A stretch of 64,000 bases of DNA from the IMG/VR virus record IMGVR_UViG_3300031994_000013, positions 64,001-128,000 of that record, one strand, 5' to 3'. The notes under the pieces are model-generated. The model saw only the letters and a program-made list of their open reading frames with translations, had not been told where the DNA came from and made no database searches. Below are positions 56,504 through 64,000 of this stretch, one piece after another. The stretch is from a virus (Duplodnaviria > Caudoviricetes). The stretch's first letter is position 1; the number at the start of each line of letters is the position of its first letter. Made by a program: the position numbers and the translations under genes.

Positions 56504-57574
56504 TCAGGCAGGAATAGTGCTATGAGTGTTAAGGAAACGCCATAGTTTTACGCCATCTATATTATTATAGTGTAAATCAATTGTATTAAAGCCCGCGGTT
56601 TCAGCTTGTGTATGTTCTGTTGCCACTTTGACTCCCGCGGGTGGTGTTAAAGTCATACTATACGCGCCCGCATGTCTAAACCTCATTTCAAACCAGCAGC
56701 CATGTGTTTCATCTTCAATTTCGGGAAGAATGAATTCCATCGGGCAATCTATAATGGTATCTAGTTTATAAGTTACATTTCTGGCCGCTCCTTGGATTAT
56801 AATTTTAGAATGGTTATAATAGGTGTTTTCGGGGATTGCTTCGCCCACTGTTACTTCCGCTAGATTGTAACTGCCGTCAGATAGAGTATAGTAATTTTTA
56901 TTGGCGGCAAAAGTAGTATCAGAAGTTAATGCATATTCCCAAGTAACGAACTCATCCAGGTCATAAACATAGAAAGTAGTTCTATAGTCTAAATTGCGTA
57001 TTGCCAAATCAGTTGCTTTAAATACAAATGATTCTGTTACTTGTGAATTCCATTTAATTGTAACAACTCGTGATGTCGCCGCGACATCAAATTGAATTGC
57101 CAAATCAACATAGGTATCTCCAATATGAGCGATATAATTTGCTCCAGTTACTTGCGTTTCGGCGGAGACTCCATATAAATTTTCAATGCGTGCAAAAGCA
57201 TACCAGCCAGTTTCTGTAATTCCATAATTGGAATATTTATTTATATTATCTACATATTCTGGAATACCAACAATTTCAATAATATTGCCTTGTGCGAAAG
57301 CGGTATTATCTAAAGAAGAAACCGTAGAAACATGGTTATTAGAGCTCCCACTGCCGCTATCGCTATTGCCGGCGCCGGAGAGCAATAGCCATTGTTTTAA
57401 GCTATTGGCCATATATACTTCTAGGCTACCGCTTGCCCCGTACAGCACAGTGCAAACAGAGCCAAGTGTTATATATTTTGGGTCAATCGCTCTCATATCT
57501 GCAATGGTATCACAAACATGTTCGTATGCTACTATATTATCATGGCTACCTTTTTTTGTCATTATTGTTGCCAT
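56504..57574 (-). CDS. Tail-region protein sharing its N-terminal module with 52875-54494
   Basis: MATIMTKKGSHDNIVAYEHVCDT...LEVYMANS vs MAHIMTKQGQQDNVITYEHICDS...LEVYMANS. Confidence 0.7.
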   Translation of the reverse strand: MATIMTKKGSHDNIVAYEHVCDTIADMRAIDPKYITLGSVCTVLYGASGSLEVYMANSLKQWLLLSGAGNSDSGSGSSNNHVSTVSSLDNTAFAQGNIIEIVGIPEYVDNINKYSNYGITETGWYAFARIENLYGVSAETQVTGANYIAHIGDTYVDLAIQFDVAATSRVVTIKWNSQVTESFVFKATDLAIRNLDYRTTFYVYDLDEFVTWEYALTSDTTFAANKNYYTLSDGSYNLAEVTVGEAIPENTYYNHSKIIIQGAARNVTYKLDTIIDCPMEFILPEIEDETHGCWFEMRFRHAGAYSMTLTPPAGVKVATEHTQAETAGFNTIDLHYNNIDGVKLWRFLNTHSTIPA

Positions 57575-57625
57575 ATAGAATTTCACCTCATTAAAGGAGG
57601 GCTTAAAAAGCCCTCCTTATATTAT

Positions 57626-57892
57626 TTATGCCTGCTCTTCAGGCTCATCTGGCTCGGTAGGTGCAATTGCGTGTTTATAGCATTGATTCATAATTGCACG
57701 GCCATCAGCAGTCAGCAAGGTTGCTGCATGAGATTGAAGTTCAGATACGGCTGCGGCGGCAAGAACTTCGTGATATTTAGATTCAGCCTTTAGACGAGCT
57801 TTAGCCGCATCTTCGTCATAAGCAAAATGAACGATATGGCCGTATTCGCCGTTTGCATATTGTTGGATTTCGATAATGTAATATTGGTTCAT
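57626..57892 (-). CDS. Small tail-associated protein
   Basis: AESKYHEVLAAAAVS motif; P/E tail; followed by terminator. Confidence 0.65.
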   Translation of the reverse strand: MNQYYIIEIQQYANGEYGHIVHFAYDEDAAKARLKAESKYHEVLAAAAVSELQSHAATLLTADGRAIMNQCYKHAIAPTEPDEPEEQA

Positions 57893-58214
57893 AATGAGTT
57901 CCTCCTTTTAATGTTTCCAGTAAGCAATTTTAGTATTATCTCCACCGTTATTACTTATTGGACTAACAGACATTACTATATTTCCATCAGTAGTTTCTTT
58001 GTATATCATCAATAAATCTCCTTATCTGTTTCTAACATCTTGAAAAACTGCCGGGTGGTTTGCACAGTATTGTCATACTGTATTTGCATGAACTGTTCGA
58101 CATTTATTATTTCAAGATTTTGGGTTTTTCCCCAGATTCTTTCGACTATTTCGTCACTTTTTCGATCTTAGGTGTTATGTCGAGGAATGCGCAAAATTTG
58201 CGTCCAGTTATTAT

Positions 58215-58625
58215 TCATTCTATTTCCCATCCATATACTCCCGGTTGCCATACATTGTTATCTACCGTACTGCGATAAATCGGATCAGTTATTGTCGGAA
58301 AATGTACCTTGTCGCCTGTCATGTAAGCATCCTGCGCGCCTGTTGGCTGTTTCCAGACCGGGATTTCACCCGGTTTTGCGATTTCGGTAAACAGTGCAGG
58401 CGTGTTGGCGGGTCTCCAGTTTGACTGGCTGTGATGAGACTGCACAACTCGGTAGAGCCTGTCGCCGTTCTTGAGCCGCTGTCCTGCCGTGTAGTCGCGG
58501 TCGGGTTGCCATTGCTCAAAGAGCACGGTCACATCTACGGCAGTTTCGTCCGTGAGCTTTGCCAAAGCGTTTCTACGCTCGGAAATCCATGCTTCCACGG
58601 CGCGTTTGAGCTGTTCCTTAGTCAT
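58215..58625 (-). CDS. CBM5/12-like tail accessory protein
   Basis: Paralog; PALFTEIAKPGEIP shared with 55035-55445. Confidence 0.7.
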   Translation of the reverse strand: MTKEQLKRAVEAWISERRNALAKLTDETAVDVTVLFEQWQPDRDYTAGQRLKNGDRLYRVVQSHHSQSNWRPANTPALFTEIAKPGEIPVWKQPTGAQDAYMTGDKVHFPTITDPIYRSTVDNNVWQPGVYGWEIE

Positions 58626-58846
58626 ACGCTCACCCCCAATTCGGAAAGCGCGGCAGCGTAGTCTTCGGGGGTCGCTTCATCCGATGGCGATATAGGAATG
58701 CTGCTTTCTTCATACACCCGCCCGCTGTCTGCGGGGTCAATCGCTTCATCGTACATGATGCCGTCACGAATGATCTTCATGCCTGCGTTGCTATAGGTGC
58801 GCGTATAGGTATTGCCGTTTATCTCAATGTTTTCTGTTTGTATCAT
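58622..58846 (-). CDS. Small tail-fibre-associated protein
   Basis: MIQTENIEING; GGAGG RBS. Confidence 0.65.
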   Translation of the reverse strand: MIQTENIEINGNTYTRTYSNAGMKIIRDGIMYDEAIDPADSGRVYEESSIPISPSDEATPEDYAAALSELGVSV

Positions 58847-60168
58847 GGCTCCGCCTCCTGTATCATGCTTGACAGCGCCGACCAATTTGTCGCCGTTTTA
58901 TATGCATTCAGAATGCTGTGATCTGCTGAATACGGCACTTCAATTACTGCGCCGGATTTACCATTTCCAAATGCGTTTGAGTTATCCAGCGTTGGCGGGG
59001 TAGTTGGCAGCAGAACGAATTTCGGGCAACCGCGCATGAAATAGAATGCCTGTGCGCCGATATGCGTGACGGTTGCAGGTATCATCATTTCACTGAGCGC
59101 CCAGCAGGAATTAAATGCGCTTTGACCAATAGACGTAATACCGCTTGGGATGACAACTTGCTGCAATATGTCGCATCCAAGACATGTAGCATTTGGTATG
59201 GCACTCATTTGCTCAGGCAGACAAATGCGTTTTATAAGTGTATTATTGTGCATAAAATTAGTCCCCGTTATGTCCGTGAGTGTTTCCGGAATGCAGATTG
59301 CTTTTCTTGGACTATTCATAAAATTATTAATACTTATGTTTGTTATTCCATATGGCAATATCGCAGCACTAAGGTTTAATGAGTTCGCCAAACCAGTATT
59401 GATGTTTGTCAAACCTCGCGGGAAGGTAATTTCTTGAAGCGCACGTCCAACGCTAAATGTAGGGCCAATGTTTGTTTCTATATTTTTTCCGTAATTGACA
59501 GCAGTAATCTTGTTAGCCCACATATAATTAGTGTTGCCAGCACCCCAAATTGCATAATTTCCACTATTGCCAAACGAAAATGTGCAGTCGTCATCTGGCA
59601 TAAGCGATATGACATAATTGCCCTTTACAGCATAAATATGTTCAAGATATTTGACGCCAGTTCCTGCACTGCTGACGGTTTCTATTGTACTTCCATCGCC
59701 CCAACTTACTTTTACGCCATCTGCTTTGTCCTGCGTCCAGTAAATGCGCATGGACAAATCGCCGTCCGTGAGAAAACTGACGGTTATGCGGGTTGCGCCA
59801 TCATCTGTAATATATGTTTGTCCGATGTCCAGTATGCCATATTTTGTGACATACGCTTTTGCGCCTTGAAGCGTCCAGTTCCAGCCCTGAGAAATAAAGC
59901 CGTCATGAGTGGGATTTTCCGGCAGCTCGTCCAGCGTGAGAAATTCTGCTTTGCTGTAGCTGTAGACGATGGTTCCGTCCTTATCGTAGAAGTTCACATC
60001 ATTGAACGGCGCGGGTTCTCTGCCTGTAGATATTGCCACAACTGCGTCCACAAACCCCTGTGGAAAGCTCAACTCTGCGCTTGTGCCGCCCTTTGTGCGT
60101 ATTGCGTTGGCAACACTGGTGAGGTCTGCGTCAAGCTGCGCGCTGTCAACCAGTTTATCAACTGCCAT
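58843..60168 (-). CDS. BspA-type leucine-rich repeat adhesin/tail protein
   Basis: IPSGITSIGQSAFNSC repeats; N-terminal LTSVANAIRTKGG. Confidence 0.75.
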   Translation of the reverse strand: MAVDKLVDSAQLDADLTSVANAIRTKGGTSAELSFPQGFVDAVVAISTGREPAPFNDVNFYDKDGTIVYSYSKAEFLTLDELPENPTHDGFISQGWNWTLQGAKAYVTKYGILDIGQTYITDDGATRITVSFLTDGDLSMRIYWTQDKADGVKVSWGDGSTIETVSSAGTGVKYLEHIYAVKGNYVISLMPDDDCTFSFGNSGNYAIWGAGNTNYMWANKITAVNYGKNIETNIGPTFSVGRALQEITFPRGLTNINTGLANSLNLSAAILPYGITNISINNFMNSPRKAICIPETLTDITGTNFMHNNTLIKRICLPEQMSAIPNATCLGCDILQQVVIPSGITSIGQSAFNSCWALSEMMIPATVTHIGAQAFYFMRGCPKFVLLPTTPPTLDNSNAFGNGKSGAVIEVPYSADHSILNAYKTATNWSALSSMIQEAEP

Positions 60169-61034
60169 CAGTAGTTACCCCCTTGCCATGTACTGAGCGT
60201 CTGCGCCACCCACGCTGAGCCATTATAAACAAGGAATGCACCTGTCGCCGGGGAGGATGGAGCTGTTATCGCGCCAACTGATGCGGCGTTTGTAGGAACG
60301 GAGACATTTGCGACCCCATTCGTCACAACGCTTACTCCATTAACTTGTACATCATGCGGAAATCCCTCACTAACGCTCGTCTCAATCGCATTCGCCCCAC
60401 TAATAGTCTCACCCTCATTCTGCAAAACAATAGCTTCATCCGCGGCAATTGCCGCAGTTGCCTTGTAGAGTTTGCCGTTGGCCGTAAATATGTCACCGAC
60501 TGCGTAAGCCTTTGACGCGACAAGTGAGTTTTCCGCGGTCGCGATTAGGTCGGAAACACCAAGCATTTGTTGGATGGCGGATTTTTGTTCATCAGGATAA
60601 GTACCAACAGTTGTATTGGCAATATTTTTCATATCTGCACCAGCAACTTTAGCAAGGCCAAAGAATGTTGCCCTATCTACACACTCTGGCACAATAGGTC
60701 TATACAAATCTGTTCCAGCTTTAATTTGAAATTCATAAGCTCTGTTAATGTTAATATTGCCATTAGTTCCTATAATCAACCCGTCAGAACCGGATGCCGA
60801 TGTTTTTACAAGCCCAAGACTATTTCCTGATGCAATCGGCACATTCGCCACACCATCACTACTTACACTCGTCCCCGCCACTCTAACATCCGTAACCGGC
60901 TCCGCCTGCGGCGTAACGTAAATATCATTCTCATCGTATGTAACGGTGACACCATTAACGGTTATGGTGCCATTGACTATAAGTTCGGCGTATTGCGCCT
61001 GAGATAAGTAAACTATTTGCTTTGAATTAGGCAT
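60168..61034 (-). CDS. Tail fibre-like protein
   Basis: PV.DV.V.G.SV...GVAN.P modules shared with 61550-63226. Confidence 0.6.
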   Translation of the reverse strand: MPNSKQIVYLSQAQYAELIVNGTITVNGVTVTYDENDIYVTPQAEPVTDVRVAGTSVSSDGVANVPIASGNSLGLVKTSASGSDGLIIGTNGNININRAYEFQIKAGTDLYRPIVPECVDRATFFGLAKVAGADMKNIANTTVGTYPDEQKSAIQQMLGVSDLIATAENSLVASKAYAVGDIFTANGKLYKATAAIAADEAIVLQNEGETISGANAIETSVSEGFPHDVQVNGVSVVTNGVANVSVPTNAASVGAITAPSSPATGAFLVYNGSAWVAQTLSTWQGGNY

Positions 61035-61049
61035 TAGGTGTCACCTCCT

Positions 61050-61553
61050 TTAATCCCAAGCTATCCAATGATAGGGGATATTATATTTAAAATCATAGTC
61101 ACCTTGCGAGGTGGTAAAATAACGTAATCTTAAAGTTTTAGTAGTTTCATTAAAAAGATAAATTCCTCTACCAGAATCATTTAATCCAGTTCTTGCTTGG
61201 GGATAACCTGCACCAGTACCATTTCCCCAATTTATTACATAACAGTTTACGCCAGATAAAATAGTCCATCCATTAGTTTGATTTAAATTTTCTGCGTCGG
61301 CCGGTCTTATATACATTGTAGCAAAAGCCCCAAGTAACGGTTTTTCACTTTTTGCATCAAGGCAGTTAAGTGAATGAGTAAAAACAATAATTCCTTGTGG
61401 TTTTGTTATTGTCGATAATTGTATATCATATTCCCCATTTGCAGTAATATTATCTTTAGTGGCTATAAAGGAACCACTTTCTAAATTATTAAAAAAAGAT
61501 GGTAAAGGCGTATTATTTACTAAACCAACCGCCTTATCTCCCAAATACATCAT
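61050..61553 (-). CDS. Hypothetical tail-region protein
   Basis: 167 aa coupled ORF. Confidence 0.55.
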   Translation of the reverse strand: MMYLGDKAVGLVNNTPLPSFFNNLESGSFIATKDNITANGEYDIQLSTITKPQGIIVFTHSLNCLDAKSEKPLLGAFATMYIRPADAENLNQTNGWTILSGVNCYVINWGNGTGAGYPQARTGLNDSGRGIYLFNETTKTLRLRYFTTSQGDYDFKYNIPYHWIAWD

Positions 61554-63226
61554 ATCAACCTCACCACCTTTAATCCATCTTGCACGCCAAGCATAGACTT
61601 GATGGCGGCCTTAGAAGTTTCTGGATATGTGCCAAGAGTTACTGTTTCATTGGCAAGGTCTACGCCTGCGACTTTAGATAGGCCATAAAAGACTGAGGTA
61701 TGCTGTACAGATGGTGTTATTGCTTTTGAAATAACTGTTCCACGCTTAACATCATTATTTGATATTAACGTAAGTGTCAATGCACCATTTGAAAGTATAT
61801 CTATACCTAATGCGTTTATTATTTTAACAACGCCAAAATCAAATCCTCCAGCAACTGGAATATTTGCAACCCCATTCTCTACAATACTTACACTATTTAC
61901 CTGCACATCATTCACCGGCACTTCAATCGCCGCGATATCGTCTACTGTGGCTACCTTTGTGCCGCCGCTACTGTCGGCGTTCGCGCCAACATATACATCA
62001 CCCATGTAATGGCCGTTGCCATCCCAATCGAGGGCGTAGGCATTAGAGCGGGCAGCATCAGACGCACCATTACCAATAATCCGTGCGTAGTTTATATAAT
62101 CATCAGCTGTCCATTTTGAAGCGGTAAAAGTTGTATCATTATTGGCAGTTTTACATATATATCCTTTGACAACAGTTTCATTATTTTCTACTGTTGTAAC
62201 TTTTACTTTATCTCCTACCGTATAAGAAGTTTCCGATACCCATTCTGGCCAATTATCATAAGAATCTGCAATGTTATATTTGCCACCAGCATGAGAATCT
62301 TTAGCATTAGCTATTGTATTTAATCCTTCAGCGTGACTATGTACTCCATTAGCATTTGTCTTCCAGCCTTCGCTGTGAGATGACATTCCGTTTGCTTTTG
62401 TTGCACAGCCTTCAGCATGAGAACTCATACCCGAAGCAATTGTTTCAAATCCAACTGCGTTTATTCCATTTTCTGCATGAGAACACAGACCTGAAGCAAT
62501 GCTGCCAAAACCTTCGGCATGAGAAACAGGACCACTTGCTTTAGTGCCTTGCCCTTCTGCATGAGCACTAAAACCGTTTGCAAGAGTACTACTACCTTCA
62601 GCATGGGCGCAATCAGAGCTAGCTTCTACTTCATTACCAAAAGCAAAGCTTCTTTCACCGACTATGCTACCTTCTTTTCTTCCCCTACTCAAAGTAGTCT
62701 CAAGCACCGTATCCGCCTTCGTCGCATACCCGCTCAAATCAATAACCTGCGCGCCAAATCTCTCCCACGCACCATTTGCATAAAGCCACTCTGTATAAGC
62801 ATTCGATGCGCCCGAATCTTCATTTGGCACCAAGTAAAAAGTGCGCGAATCAGGGTTTTGAATTGTTGGCACGCGAGTTGTACTATCATATTCTCCTTGC
62901 GCGCAAATATGTAAATCAATTGAAGCACCATTTGTAACTTGGAAGGTGCTAATTGTATTATCGTCAAAAGTAATTGTATATGTATCTACTAAACCACTTG
63001 TGTTCGTCTTTTCTACAGACCGAATCCCAACGCCCTGCGCGCCGCGAATCGAATTGATTGTGGTAGAAGTTCCGTCTGTAAATGTTATGGTAAGGGTATA
63101 ATCATTATTTAACTCTACCGATGATATACCCCTACCTGGATTGCCCGAAATGCCGATAATATCAATGTAGTTACCGGTATTTGGGTCTTTATATTTCATC
63201 GGAGATGAATAGAGTTGAATTGACAT
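61550..63226 (-). CDS. Tail fibre with YadA-head-like SHAEG repeats
   Basis: About eight A.G..SHAEG repeats; IIGNG....RSNA; N-terminal GRGISSVELN..YTL.ITFTDG. Confidence 0.7.
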   Translation of the reverse strand: MSIQLYSSPMKYKDPNTGNYIDIIGISGNPGRGISSVELNNDYTLTITFTDGTSTTINSIRGAQGVGIRSVEKTNTSGLVDTYTITFDDNTISTFQVTNGASIDLHICAQGEYDSTTRVPTIQNPDSRTFYLVPNEDSGASNAYTEWLYANGAWERFGAQVIDLSGYATKADTVLETTLSRGRKEGSIVGERSFAFGNEVEASSDCAHAEGSSTLANGFSAHAEGQGTKASGPVSHAEGFGSIASGLCSHAENGINAVGFETIASGMSSHAEGCATKANGMSSHSEGWKTNANGVHSHAEGLNTIANAKDSHAGGKYNIADSYDNWPEWVSETSYTVGDKVKVTTVENNETVVKGYICKTANNDTTFTASKWTADDYINYARIIGNGASDAARSNAYALDWDGNGHYMGDVYVGANADSSGGTKVATVDDIAAIEVPVNDVQVNSVSIVENGVANIPVAGGFDFGVVKIINALGIDILSNGALTLTLISNNDVKRGTVISKAITPSVQHTSVFYGLSKVAGVDLANETVTLGTYPETSKAAIKSMLGVQDGLKVVRLI

Positions 63227-63273
63227 GTGTATTCATCCTCCATTTTTGGTTTTAAATTAAGTAATGATGATTA

Positions 63274-63648
63274 TCATTTGTTCTCACCCTGTTCCTCGCT
63301 CGATTCTTCGGGTTCTTCAGGTTCAGGTTCAGGTTGCGGTGCGGGTGTCATATCTGGGAACGCGCCGAAAGACTTGCGCTCCACCAGCACGCCGTCTGCG
63401 CGGGTCAGGGTAACAGCCCACATCACGCGGTTGTGCGCAAGGGAAATCTGCTTGACTACATCAGCAAAGTCTGCCTGCGCTACGATGAGCGCAATCTCGG
63501 CGTTGCCGTTGGGGTTCTCGGCAGTCGCTTCATAGTCGCGGCTGTCGAAGGTCTTGGGATAATTGGTGACGTTGCTGTAAACACCTTGAGGGTTGGATTC
63601 AGATGTTACCACCTGAGTTGCAGTTACGATGTAGAGTTGTCTGAGCAT
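63274..63648 (-). CDS. Small tail-associated protein with P/E-rich tail
   Basis: AAAGGAG RBS; architecture like 57626-57892. Confidence 0.6.
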   Translation of the reverse strand: MLRQLYIVTATQVVTSESNPQGVYSNVTNYPKTFDSRDYEATAENPNGNAEIALIVAQADFADVVKQISLAHNRVMWAVTLTRADGVLVERKSFGAFPDMTPAPQPEPEPEEPEESSEEQGENK

Positions 63649-63661
63649 GGTAAACTCCTTT

Positions 63662-64000
63662 CTAACTGTTCATGTCAATCATAAGAATTACAGTGTCGGT
63701 CGGTGCAAGCTGTAAATCGTAAGTTACCGTCCAGTAACTCAAAGAAAAAGAATTATTGGTTTGAGCAGCTGTGCTGCTATTGGCCCTTGTCCATTGCGAA
63801 TTATCAAATCCGTAGTACCAAACAGCGCTCAAAAACTGCCGTGCAACCGATGGGTATCCGGCACTGAAGTCAGTGTCAAGAATGGCAAAGGCGCGTTTGT
63901 GCGTTCCAATATAAGGTTCAAAGAACGCTTTAACTTGACCCGCGTTTGTACATTGTGACGCGGGATTTATCGTGAATTTTTTCCAGTTGTTACTTGCCAT
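63662..64000 (-). CDS. 3' part of a tail-region gene, probably truncated by the window edge
   Basis: Open frame to the window end. Confidence 0.5.
   Translation of the reverse strand: MASNNWKKFTINPASQCTNAGQVKAFFEPYIGTHKRAFAILDTDFSAGYPSVARQFLSAVWYYGFDNSQWTRANSSTAAQTNNSFSLSYWTVTYDLQLAPTDTVILMIDMNS

Noticed and set aside
57900-58215. Possible gene between tail modules
   Set aside because: Minus-strand frames are interrupted by stops; may be a remnant but no product can be supported
59434-60174. 246-aa plus-strand ORF
   Set aside because: Antisense to the LRR protein, with no RBS or motifs

Overview
This window is part of a large tailed dsDNA phage genome, most likely infecting a Bacillota (Clostridia-type) host, judged from TTGACA/TATAAT promoters, GGAGG RBSs and a CIRCE box. 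1-13.8 kb (minus strand) is a head/neck/tail morphogenesis operon with SPbeta-like gene order. Group I introns split the large terminase gene and the major tail gene, and each intron carries an endonuclease ORF. 13.9-16 kb is a mostly non-coding control region with direct repeats, a perfect HrcA CIRCE operator and AGCTGGA repeats. 16-36 kb is a co-oriented array of small-gene cassettes with a fixed layout: hairpin with the stop codon in its loop, the 19-bp palindrome TTGGATGTT-W-AACATCCAA (30 copies counted by eye), a helically phased TTWAC-N6-TTAAC box, a sigma-A promoter, then the gene. 36.3-38.3 kb holds an SF2 helicase between an AT-rich tract and iteron-like repeats (candidate origin). 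38.6-49.6 kb contains a kinase-like gene, a complete deamidating NAD+ salvage pathway (PncA, PncB, NadD-NadE fusion), a radical SAM cluster, an endolysin and a deaminase. 49.7-64 kb (minus strand) is a run of repeated tail-fibre/adhesin modules. All calls come from motifs read by eye; no database searches were run.
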